Shown: positions 37,352-49,659 of the stretch, piece after piece
Position numbering within the stretch: position 1 is the first letter of the stretch
Layout of the letters: the number at the start of each line of letters is the position of its first letter
From: Iphione sp. A-MEVVRFRX5
Lineage: Eukaryota
Reading direction: 5' to 3'
NCBI GenBank assembly: GCA_976226885.1
Contig: OZ320320.1
Span: 59,458,001 to 59,522,000 of the forward strand
DNA: 64,000 nt
Notes under the pieces: generated by a model
What the model was told of the DNA's origin: nothing
Database searches by the model: none
What the model saw: the letters and a program-made list of their open reading frames with translations, nothing else
Program-made: the position numbers and the translations under genes

Positions 37352-39164
37352 TAGAAATATTTCATATCATCTATCATGTGAAAGACAGTGTCTACCCTGC
37401 TCAAAAGTTTCATCACTCTGTTCTACTGGTCCCTGTGGCTATCCGCAGTGTGGAAAAGAGTATAACTATGGCCCAGGTCCATTTTGGCCTCCACAGTCCT
37501 CTGCAGGACATTGGAACAGTCCTGCTGATTGGCATATGATCATTATTTCTCACACCACACAGTCCGGGTTCCACAGGTGAATTCCGCACACAAGGAAAGC
37601 CAGCCTTATAGTAGGGTAAAAAAACTCAGCAATAAATTTTATTGGATAATTCAAGAGTCTAATTGTTTTATGTCCATTTTTTTCATTGCCACCAAATCCA
37701 AAGTTTGGGAGTGTTAAAGATAATTTATTGTAATTTAGTGAACGTCTGGTGACATGAAAGGTAATGACAATTCTTTATAAGGATGTTTATCTAGGATGCC
37801 AGCACCTTAATACATTCTAGTTGGCTATAATTACTTGGACGTTATCTTAAGTTTCACCTGAACGGGATTGCATTACTTTGATCATCCGAAGTATCCTTTA
37901 TAAAAAAAAATATATGATATATTATCGACATTTGACCAATCTCATAGTTTCATATGAAAACTGACTAGTATGTACCCTGTGAGTATAAAGCATATTTCTG
38001 AAAATTCAAGTATTATTTGAATGATCATGATCTAACACTGTCTCAAGTTTATCATATTTTATTGGTTTATGTCCCATTTCTGGTGGAAAAAATATTTTTG
38101 CCGTGATGTTTTTCATCCACGTGAAAACCTGCCAACCCAGGTTCAGACAAATTGCCATTTTCTGCGGTGATTGGAAGGAAAACGATTCGTGTCTGGAATG
38201 TATAGGGATAAGAAACAGATTGAATGGATGCGGAGCGGAGGGCAAGAGAGGACAGTGAACCATGTTGGGAGAGAAAGGAGGACATTGGTGACAGCAACAC
38301 AAAATAGAATTTTTAGAAAAAGTGTTGGGAGAATTTGTGAGGGAGAATCCCAGTAGGAGGTGCTCTGAATGAGTGCCCTTTTTTGCCCTCTAGCCCAGCA
38401 GTTCGTGTGGAGGAAAGCTGGTTGAAGGAGATCTGTGTGAGGCGAACTGGATAAGAGAGACTGGGATGGGGTTAAGAATAAGGCCTGTGCTCAATGAAAA
38501 CTAAGGACTACTGAATCTAGCTAAATTGTCAGTGCTACGGCCTACTTTTCCAGTCCACTCTCTTCATAATACCATGTTTCAGACGTCTAATAATACATCG
38601 ATTCGACTTAACCGAATTTTTCAAGAGACCCTGCCCGATAAAGGCTGCGCCCTGTACTGATGCGGGCTTGGCCAGGCAGCGAAGAAAGACATTCAGCTCT
38701 TTCACATAAAAACACAAAAGCAAACATACTGGTAAGACTCTGGGCTAAGAGCGGCTAGATGTGTGAACGAACACAAAAGAGAAGGACACAGTATTAGAAT
38801 AGCATCTCAACCAGATACAGCAGACGATCACCACAGTATGGAAACCGGTGTGGTTACTGCATCAGGATGGGGACATCTCTTGTAAGGCACCAGAGGCAGA
38901 GAAGGTATATGATCATCGTCACAGTAAACAAGAATATAGAACGATAGACAATCACTCTACTAACTAAATCAGGGAGCACAGACTATCCACTCGCGGCAAC
39001 TGAATCGAGAATTGCTGATCATGTTAGTTGTATGAAGGAAGGTAGAACACTGTCAAGGTAACAGAGAACTGGTGAAGGTGGACAACCACTAAAGTGAATG
39101 AACCAGAGAGTAGAATCATCACTTAAAGTACTGAACCAGAACAGGTAGAACACTTTTATAGAAT

Positions 39165-39287
39165 CTGATGCAGCAAACGTTGAACCTAGTAACTGAACCC
39201 TATAGGGAGCATCACTGCAGAAACTGATGCAGCAAACGTTGAACCTAGTAACTGAACCCTATAGGGAGCATCACTGCAGAAACTGAT
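39165..39287. repeat. Perfect 59-bp tandem duplication
   Basis: 39165-39223 is identical to 39224-39282, followed by 5 more bp of a third unit. Confidence 0.95.
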
Positions 39288-39908
39288 CAACCAGAGAAGG
39301 TGAAGCAAAAGTTTGGTGCAGTAGAGACACCGAATCACATGATCATTTCTATTTATACGGAACAGTGGATACCATTATTAGGGGCGGGCTTTTACAGCCT
39401 GATATAAGAAGATAATAATATAAATATATATACACAAGTAAATCTCTCCTAATGAAGTATATGCATCACTTTCCCATGAGAAACTTCGTTAACAAAGGCA
39501 TAACGTGTTCTGGGGAAGCTTCACATTACATCTGGGATCGTTACTGTTCATAATTTGAAATGTGACTTCGTTTAAAAAGAATCATCGTTCTCATGGTTAT
39601 ATCCTTCTGTCCTTGATGATTTACAATTTCGGCCTTAAGTGAAACGCTCAAACGGCATAATGCATTGAGGCCCTATATTTATGTCGATCGTCTTTTCAAT
39701 CTGAGGTGCGGTAGAGAGCCACGGTGGAGGCATTGAACCTTGACTTGTTCCACCAGCCAATTTATAAGGAGCTTGTATCATACCATGGTGTATCAGCTAG
39801 TCTCTGCCATGGCCTTTGCAACAAAAGAAGGCCAGACAAGCCATCCTATACCTGACAATAAAAGCCTGTACGGGCCACTGATTAGCCGGGAATGTAAGCA
39901 CACAATTA

Positions 39909-39986
39909 CAGTATAAACTCGCTATTGCAACATGGTGAGGCTTCGTTTTGTACCCAGTAACTTTGCCTGACATAGCAGGGGTACTG
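39909..39986. mobile_element. 78-bp TA-flanked MITE (Tigger/pogo-like CAGTA ends)
   Basis: TA|CAGTATAAACTCGCTAT ... ATAGCAGGGGTACTG|TA; imperfect TIRs; TA at 39907-39908 and 39987-39988. Confidence 0.55.
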
Positions 39987-40539
39987 TAAGAGTGAAGTGT
40001 TGGAATGGCGAGGTTTTCACTGCAAAAGTTAGCAAACAGGCCTCACCTTACGTAGCAAGCCTAAACGATATGTCCGAGTACCACAGAATATCAAAGTGCT
40101 TATGTATATCACATTGTTTAACGATATCAGAGTGGTCTGGACACAATAGGGGATAGGGTCGTTGCCCTTCAGAAACCACAGAGACAAATCATTTCGTGTT
40201 TTATATTGCTCCGGTCAAATGCATTACACTTTTTAGTTGCAGTCAAAACTTAAGATCGAACAGACAAAAATATTCCTCACCTAAATGATATCGCCTGTAG
40301 AGGGCGGCATGTACTATGGAAATGTGATCGATCGCTGTGGATTTACTTATTTTGTGAAACGAAGAGGATTCGGGAATTGGCTTTGGATTACATAATAAAC
40401 ATGGTCAGACATGTCACAGAGTATCATATCATGTTTTAAACATTGTTGTTGATAATCAAGAAAAGTACGATATTTACAAAAAATAACATTGCCTCAAGAT
40501 ATATCTCAGTGAGGAACGACAAGGCTAGCAAGCTTATCA

Positions 40540-41180
40540 ACGTGGTGAATAATATCACCATGATCCAAATACCGACGGCCCTCCTCAACCGGAGGGGTAG
40601 CGGAATGCGAAAATATGTCCGGTTGGGAGGGGGTCCGGAGTGGCGATCCGAGCACCATGCGTCTCCTGGTGGGAAAATTTGTCATAATAGTAAAGCATGA
40701 TTGAGGCATATTCCATGGAGAAAGAGTCAAAAACGGCATATTTCAAGGAGAATATGACAAAAAACGGCAAAATTCATGGAGATTGAGGCATATTCCATGG
40801 AGAAAATGTCAAAAAACTTTAGGAGGTCACCACGCGCGTCACTCTTATGTAACCATTTCGTGCATCTGTAGTGCTTTTCTTTGTTCTCTGCGCTATGTTT
40901 TCTCTCCCTTTAGGAGGTCCCCCACCCAAGCGTCATTTTCTGACATTTTCTTTGTTCTCTCTAGTCCGGGTAACTGAATGTATTTTCTATGTTAAATGCT
41001 CTAAAATGCAGCTAAATTTCGTCCGAATCCGGAGACGGGGTCTCCGGTTAAACAGTATACTTAATATAGAGAAATAATTGGGAATTAAAAAACCGTCCGG
41101 TAACGGTGATATTCCGGTATAGAGGGGTCTGGTAGCGGGGGGCCCTCGGTACTCTGGTAAGCAATGATATCACCGTCGTT
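40540..41180. repeat. Structured repeat block with nested direct and inverted repeats
   Basis: 24-bp exact direct repeat at 40700/40782; inverted pair 40801-40816 and 40936-40951 (15/16); 8-bp hairpin at 41029-41047; 10-bp inverted pair 41103-41112 and 41167-41176; many CGGTA/CTGGTA words. Confidence 0.7.
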
Positions 41181-41399
41181 AAAGAAATCAATACCAAAGT
41201 GTTTTGAGTCGTTAAACTATACCCTAATGTTTAAGCAACTTATGACACTGTGAGAGTCAATGGTCTAAATTAATTGGCGCGTCATCCCAGCCTGGTTGTA
41301 ACCTTTCAACCTTTTTATGAGTTAAATAACAGAGAATACACGAAGATTACTTTTGAGGCTTCTGATGTAGTATGCGGAGGGTGTTGTGGGACGAGGTGC

Positions 41400-41612
41400 A
41401 CTTCCTATCTGTCTGCTGCGGTCACCGAGAGGGATTTTTGCTGGTAAACCCCAAGCATGTTTGTCGAAATTCGTGTCTCCCCATCCATGACAGTGTCCCG
41501 CCGTCTGCATAAGTGCAACACCCGCCGCACTACTGGAAAATACCCTAGAAAAATGTTCCCCCCAAAAGACCCCCTGACCTGTTCTCTGCTGTCCCTGCTG
41601 CCACCACGTCAA
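41400..41612 (-). mobile_element. Possible DIRS/Ngaro RNase H relic
   Basis: ORF 41322..41612 reads TWWQ..RVFSSSAAGV..HGWG..F..AW, loosely like xWW..LYTDAAG..GxG..F..W. Confidence 0.2.
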
Positions 41613-43315
41613 TACATTTGACCGTTTGACACGGGCGTGTGGCCATAGATACTATATCTGAGTTCATAGACATGAACTTAAAACATTATAACCGTTTTGC
41701 CAATATAACTTGCAACCAAATACCGAATTGAAAACAATCAGTAAAAAAAACATGTCCTTCCATGATCTGATCAAATATTGAGCCTTCTTTTACTATAAGG
41801 TTCACACATCTGATCATGTGACACCGCCATGGGAACACAGATACGATGTTTTAGTTTTAGACGGCTGTTTTAAGATCACGTTAGTAAGTCGCCTTACCAA
41901 CTTTGTGGTACCAAATTATTAGGCCCACCACACCCAATTCAACAATATAGATAAGGACCATAACAAGCTTTCTCTAAAATGAAAAGAGACACCCACGTCT
42001 CCTCGGTCGTGTTTGCAAGATAAAACATACATTCCCTCTGTGTTTACAAGGGCGTACACATCACATCGTTAACCATGCATACTGTCTTGGGAACTACGCT
42101 GCATCGTACTGGTTTAATTTAAACGTGGACAATTCCTGGGAACAAGGAAGAAACTCGTTCTCTATGTTACGGCGTGATCCCCGAGTATCTTATTTTCTGT
42201 CATCTATTGGTAACACCTCGTTCACCTCATTCACTTTAAGTAGCTAATCGTCCGCCACTGACCTTGCCGGGAACCAAACACTAGGGGCTAGCATTGTGTC
42301 GTCGCCCATTATCGCCCCTGTTGATGCCTGTGCTCTGTCCACTATACCACACGGTCTTCCACAATGGATATGCATGGATTGGAACGTTGGTCCCTTGAAA
42401 AGTGTTTTTTCTTAACCTTCTTTAAGTCTTTTGAATCCCTTTTCCATGGACAAACTGTATACTCTGTGAAACGTAGGTTTCTGCCCTCCAAATGCATACA
42501 GTTTAAAGAATAAAGTAAGTTAAATATTTCTTTGGGGGACGTTTTCCTTCCTCATTCTACATAGAGAGTCTATGGCGATTCTGTTTGTGAAGTGTTATGC
42601 CACCCATTTGCCGGCACGAGTGATCAAATAATGAACCATAGTTCCGCAGTCCAATACACCAAACGGGATGAATCAATGTTGTAGGTGAACAGCTTTCGTT
42701 CACAAGAACGAGGGGGGAGGATGAAGGCCCCCTCCCCAAGGACTCGGTGACTGAGTAGTTTGCAGTGTTGAGTAGTGGTCTAGATATCTGGACTTCACTT
42801 TACCATCCATAAACCCTCCCCTGGCCGGGAATATAATGGATATGCCTGGGAGGAAATAACATTCAAAACTGATCCTTTAAGTGCATGGGGACACCGTAAA
42901 ATGGGGTAGTGTAGAATTAAAGCCCTCGAGTGGGTGTTCACTGATGTAAACTCGTCGCTGGATGTTAATTTTCAGTAGACTGCCACACCAGGACCTGTTA
43001 AAATAGGTGACCTATACCTTATGTCACTGGTATGTTCTAGAACATAATACTCATGGGAAAATATTATTCCTGGGAATAAGCAATACACTTCCAGCAGGAC
43101 TAGCAAATATTTCGGTGCAATTCCCCTCAATGGGATTTGGTAGTAAATCATACGAGTGGGGTTTCACAATGGCGAATTTGTCCCATGTAAATATGCATAA
43201 GACATATGACAGGCTAATTTTCATGCACTGAGTGCATGTACCTCTAGATATATATTAAATATAGTTTGTGTAGAGCATGTATAAATCATGTACTGTAGAT
43301 CATATAGGCACTGTT

Positions 43316-43352
43316 CATTTCATTTCATTTCATTTTTTTATCTCATTTCATT
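43316..43352. repeat. (CATTT)n short repeat
   Basis: Four perfect units plus a degenerate tail. Confidence 0.8.
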
Positions 43353-44229
43353 GTATCTTTAACCAGGAATATATTCACCTATCATCAGGACAGGGCTCTT
43401 CCCTATCCTCATGGTGTAGCATATTACCATCTATTATCAAGAATTGAGAGACAAGAATACCTGGGGTTGCCCCTTACTCTTATTAAGAATAGGTTTCTGA
43501 GGTCTTTTTGTGCATAAACCACAGAATCTGATAAACCCACAGCCTTTTTACAAGTTGTGGACCACTCTGGGTTAGGGCTACAGTAAATCTGTCTGGTCAT
43601 GATCAAGAGTCCCAAGCCAAGGATTGAACTTGTGACCTCTCAGTCATATATAGGAAAACATTATTTATGTTAGCACTATCTTAGAAATGATACATCCCAC
43701 AGTATCTTGACAATTGCATTCTTTCTTTCCAATGCAGACATGCCAGTATATAGATCTATATCTGCCTACTAGACAACATCATAACAGTTTTTTGTTAAAA
43801 CGCACAGTCTCATTCCTGGGTAGGTTTCAGTTAACTAATGTCTTATCAGCTATGTTCAACTATACCACTGCCCTATCAGGTGTCAGGAGACTATCGATTG
43901 CATTAATGGTGCTAAGACAGCCTTTTTATCACATTTGTGTAACTGGATTCTATGGCAGCAGTCCATAAGAATCATGCGCTCTGCAGTACATGTACATGTA
44001 CATCTATAACAGGCACTTCAAGTACCAGTCATAATCGTGAGCTGCTTATTGCAGAGGCGAAACGGGTTAAAAGAGGGCAGTTAGTTCATAACCAGCTATG
44101 TAATTATCTCGTGGTTAAGTGTCTGAATAACTCATAATTCAGTTTCAGGAAATTTCTGAGCACACAATCTGCTACACACATTCCTTCATGATATCTTTTG
44201 TTTTCTAACAACAAACTGCTAGAAAATAT

Positions 44230-45035
44230 TCTAGATAATGTCTTAATCGTAATCTATTGAAAACTGGTGTCAGTGGTCTGATATCAAGTAAATCCATCAT
44301 AAAAAATGAGGTACAACCAGATTCAACCTTCAGGCCTTTACTGATCTCTATGTTCATTAATAACCTTTTTACGCATATGACAGTGAACTGTGTGCTATTT
44401 GCTGATGATACAGTCATGCTAGTCGATAATAAAGCAAGCATGCGAAGCAAAAGGAAAATGCAGTCTGCTGTAACAATCTTGACAAATGGTATAATGAGAA
44501 CTGCTTAATGACTAATACCAGTCAAACTATACTCACAACAATTGCACAAAACCATATTAAGAGAAATGATGAGGATTTTATCATGACATGTCACTTATAT
44601 ATGGATATCTCTAAAGCTATAAGCAAAATATTTATGTTGTAAAAATTGAAACATTCATTACCAGAAAAGGAATTGGTCTCAGTATAAGCATGCAATACTT
44701 CCTCGTTTACAGTATGATGCAACCTTTATCACTACAGTCCCTACAACATTGCTAGGCAAACTCCGAAACATTCAGAACAGAATTCCATTTCTGATCTATC
44801 ACAGTCAAGGTAAGACACAGTCAGTTGGTAAAACTGTCCACACATGACTTGCATATTAGATATAAAATCCAAATGTTGCTACTATGTATCAATATATAAA
44901 AATTAAGAAATCAGGGAAGGGTACAAAAGAAAATGATAACCCTAGATTTTATATTCTCATTCTGAAAAAACAACAATATTGTAAAATCCATTTTTGACTC
45001 TGGCGCAAGACTCTGAAACAACTTGGACCCTATTG
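44230..45035 (+). mobile_element. CR1/L2-type LINE reverse transcriptase relic (RT core to ORF2 C-terminus)
   Basis: Ordered motifs CLNRN..VSG, EVQPDSTFRPLLISMFINNL..VLFADDT, ENCLMTNTSQT, YKHAILPRLQY..KLRNIQNR (~44690-44780) and SGARL*NNL (~45000-45025), matching GVPQGS.LGPLLF..YINDL..LFADDT, N.L.LN..KT, ILP.L.Y..L..IQNR and G..LWN.LP; stops and frameshifts present. Confidence 0.85.
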
Positions 45036-48000
45036 TAAGAAGTGCCACCAACAACAAGGAGGAATTGCACCTCACATTATAGCTTCCACGACAAATTGTT
45101 CATTTCTCTATCGATGTACAGTCCTACAGATAATATAACTACTATATTTCCTTAATGATACCTACATTAACTTAATGTACATTGTGAAAACCACCTTATT
45201 GAGGTGACAGATAGATTTATTCTAATTCTTACCCTTATATTTGTATGTGCAACTATTACATGGAGTCGCCAAATTAATACAGCATCAGATCCAATCACGT
45301 TAAGTGCCTGTGTTTGTGTATGTGTGTGTACGCATATGCATCCAAAAGGGTCCCTTAACAAAAGGCACTTACATGGCAGCCACCAAACTATATGGACATC
45401 CAGAAAGATGGACACCCTTCTAGAAAAATTTTAGAAGATTCAGAAACAAAACAGGTCCCCAAAATTAGGAGTCCAATACAACACAACTACTTGGATTCCC
45501 ATCAGCAACAGCCCCAAACTACAGATATAGCCCACCAACAGGAGTACCAAATTAAAAAGGTCCCCAGGTATGTGAAGATGTCTACACCGCAAAGTTAGTT
45601 TCAGTTAAGTAGCAGGTTATTGGGGTGAAAATGTTGCCTAGTAGTCTGTCTTCAGTGGTGTTGTAGCTGATGAGTATACAATGATACCGCCCTCTGCTAT
45701 CACCCGCCCCCGATTACCGGCCAGACATCAGCCCCCTCCTATCTCCAACCCCAGCATACCACAGATACCACCGAGAGGCTTCCGTCCCAGCTGCGTTGGA
45801 GCTGGCTGGCTGCAGTAGGGGTGTTGGTAAGGATGACACCCCACGCTAATGGCATCCTCCCTCTTAACAAAACCGACTGCCCCGACTTCAGCTTCTTCCT
45901 TGTCAGGTGTCCAGCTATCACGACTGCAGTACTTACCTGTCCAGGTGTGTCTTTCACAACGTAGCCAAGATACAAGAGAACCGAAGCAGTGCCACCGTCT
46001 AGATGCAGATCCGCGCTGGACTCAAACGAAGGTGGGATATCCTCGTTCAGGTATGGCCAGGTGTGCCCAGGTTGACAGGCTGGCTGCTGCTAGTGATACT
46101 TGTAAATAGTGGAGCTGCTGTGTCCTACAGGTGAGGACGACCAGGGTGCATCTACCTGCCCCAATCGGCAGCCAGGTGACTTAAAGCAGCACCTGCAGTA
46201 GCCAGCGGCGGCCTCCTGGGCGGGGGACCCCCTCCCTTAACAGTCAACTCTCGCGGATCATTCGGAAACCTGGCCCGCGAAGGATTTTAATCGTTTGTCT
46301 TACATTAAGACATCCTCCTCAATAGTTACAGGTGTTCAGAAAGAGATATATGGTGTAAAAGTCTACAAAACAAAACAGTTTTATTCTAATATATATTTTG
46401 TTTATATGTATAGGTATACACTCGTAAAGTCGGAGCCATGTTCTTATAGCAGACTTATTCATCCAGTACTTTGAAAGAAAAAAGAAAGATTTGAAAGTAC
46501 TTCTAGCAATGTCCTTTGTCTGACCTTATGGCCAGACCAAGACTTTGTTTTTTCCTTTCGCTATAGGTTGTCTGGACAGCGCTGGTAGTTTTCCGAAGGG
46601 CACCACAAGTCGACTCGTCGATCCGCTTGCATGGGCAACTCGGGCACCTCGGGGGTGTTCGGACATCCTTCTATCGCCATTAATTTTCTTCATTAAGCCC
46701 AGCAGCCTCCATCGAGAATAATAGTCGTCATTCAGAAACGTCTCATTCCAGTTCCTCCAGTTCACCCTCCGATCCCAGGTCACCAGTGTGTACACAGAGA
46801 ACTGCCTATCTGGTCGAAGTGTGCGTTTTAACTGGGCGACGCCTCAAGCTCTGAAAGATGGCAGATGATCGTCATTAATATGACTGCCAACTACCAGCCC
46901 CGGGCCGTCAGCATCTTCGCCACGAAGAGCAAGATGTGCGAAAGTGTATTTGTGTAGGTATGCGTGTAGGTGTGTGTATTCATGTGAATATTGGGAACCT
47001 TTGTTTACGAAAATGTGTGAGAAGGTATTATTCGATGTGCCAGTGTGTGTGATTTGTGTGTTTGGGACATGTGCATTTGTGGGCCCTGGGGGTCCGGGCG
47101 TATGTATACGTCAGTGGGATGGTGGGTACGTGGGTGTCAATAGAAGACTAAGTGCATATGTCCGCAGTATGTACATGTATTTTTCTACGTAGGGGTCAAC
47201 AAACATGTAATAATCAAGTTCTAAACCAAGTCTTCATCGCAATGTTTTTAATATATAATAAAATAATGCTTCAAAACAGTATCTCTCCCAGGCTAACACC
47301 GTGTCTTCCTAGGATCTATGGAGGCATATTTTGGCCGGGTTAAAAGACAGAGAGAGATGTACGCCTGGGCCTCATTCGTCGGGGATTTCTCTTCCGTGAG
47401 AGGGAGATCATTTTTATATGGGAGGCAGGTTAGCTTTGCACATGGCAGGCTATCATGCTGTCCAACAGTTGTCCAACTTGATACTAATTTCCTTAATACA
47501 CGTAATCCACGTTGAAGAATCCTTCTTTTCTGTCCATCATAATCGTTCATGGACATGCACAACGGTGATTTGCTTAGCAGCAAGTGTCCGTCTCCTCCAA
47601 AACATACCCTTTTTTTCTGCGGTATGTCGGCAATTTTAGCAGTGGGCGAATATTTAACTCATCATGTGCAACGGTCTCTTAATGGTAAGTAAGTGATACG
47701 GAATACAGAGGAAGTGTTTTTAAATTGCGTCAGGTGGGCTGATAAACTTCGTAAACAGGTTGCAACGTCCTGCGCCTTTAACATTTGTGTGGTTCAGTGA
47801 ATATCGTCATAAAAAGCCGCTATCCGTAAGAGGTGACCTATTTTAAGATCCCCCATCGACTGACAATTTCCGAACACGCTCAGCGGTGGCGCAAGTGTCA
47901 GCGGAGCGTTTAACCATGGCAACAAAAGGCACACGCCAATACTGAAAGGCTACATATGGTCCCATCATTCCTCATTTCGATCCTGACTTATTTCGCCCCA

Positions 48001-49637
48001 GTTATGTCAGTCGGCAAACTTTCGAATGTCTCCCTCTGCCTCAGTCGATTCCACTACACAGCCATGAATTACACATCCCATAGCTTCTCCCAGAGGTCAT
48101 TCCACATCCTTTCTGCTGCCTACTGCTCCGTCTTAAACACGGTCCCTGAGCTGCTCCACACAAGTCTCAACAGCCCCCCCCCATCCTGCAAGTTATCCTT
48201 GGACCATTCCATTATCTCTTCGTTGTTCATCCCCTTCGTTGTTCATCCCCTTGACCAATCCACCTTATTCATATCTGACAAGTATTTATATACTGTCCCT
48301 GGCCCACATTATATCAGGCCCACAATTTGAATCGTTATTCATGTCATCTTGGTCTGGTCTATATCAGTCTCGTTGCCTGATCATTTTATATGGCTTCTTG
48401 AGCCGCCCACCATACCTACTTGATTTCATTTAATCAGTGAATCCATTTAAGACGGCCCTGTTACGATCCACACCAGTCTCCCTGCCAGTCACATTCTAGA
48501 AATCATTCATTTTGCTCAATCATACTTCGACACGCCATACAACCTCAGCACAGGGCCGATTCACAGCAGAAATACCAGATGACCAATGATATGGATAACC
48601 CTTGTCTTACAATTTACTGATAAGGCAGTTCTGGACTCACTTCATCACATGCCATCTGACCTGCTTTCTCTCTTTCTGCTCTCTCTGTTTGTGGCATAAT
48701 GGCGATTAGCTCGGTGAGAAATAATTTTGCCAGTTTCCTATTATTCATTTGCCATACACCAACGAGGGAGACTGAGCGAGAGGCAGGAAGGGCAATAAAG
48801 TCTGTATTGAATCGTCAGCAAAACTGTAAAACTCTTTCATCACACCTTCCATAGCAATTGCGAACTGCTCATCTTTGTTTATGTAAAAGGGTTTGGCCTG
48901 ATCAATATTCAACAGCTTCCACACGATCTGATACCTGTCTGACTCAATTGACTTGGATATGGGGTGGATCCTTCTGACTAAACATTGTTTCTTCAAGTGT
49001 GGACAAACAACACTAACCCTGCGTTAATAATACCAGAGAATAAGCGGGCATTTAGGAGATGAAATCTCGCATTCAGAGAGCAAACGATGCAGATCGAGTC
49101 CTGTCAGAAAAAAGAGCCGGAGAAATTGAACAGCAGCAGACTGTGGGAACGACGCAGGTAGGGACTGAGCTCAAGAGAAAGGCAGACATAATGCGGGACT
49201 ACGAGAAGACTACAGTCCTGAATGTCTGAAATGGAACCGATTCATGTGTTCCTGATGGTTTACTGGGACTGGGACTAGATGAACGTTATAACTCGGTTAG
49301 GAACCATTGCCTGTAAAACGAAGACATTTGGTTACTGGATCTACTGATAATCCCTTTTTCATGTCCATAATAGCCAGATGATGTCAATAAAGCCACCACA
49401 GACAACCAGACTCCGTCTACCAGAAGCTCTGGGATGATTGATATTATCTCATTTATTTACACTTTACTTTTTAATTTCTGTATGTTTTGCATTCATTAAA
49501 TTGGTCATTTGTCTTAATAAATCAGTTATATGCCTATAAACATGACACTTTATTCTTGTCCTCTTCAATGCTAAGCACGTGCGCAAATATTTTAGATTTA
49601 AATGAGACTGATTCATTATGATACTTCAGACATAATC

Positions 49638-49659
49638 ATATATATATATATATATATAT
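49638..49659. repeat. (AT)11 microsatellite
   Basis: Read directly from the sequence. Confidence 0.95.

Noticed and set aside
43615-43650. tRNA T-arm/B-box-like GTTCAATCC on the minus strand
   Set aside because: No A-box or cloverleaf; insufficient for a tRNA or SINE call.
45875-46000. Possible minus-strand exon ending at CAG|GTAAGT (~45935)
   Set aside because: The upstream acceptor is ambiguous, longer candidates hit stops in all frames, and the peptide is unrecognised.
48745-48996. FADD and LLPF words in an 83-aa ORF
   Set aside because: No surrounding RT or hAT context; likely chance.
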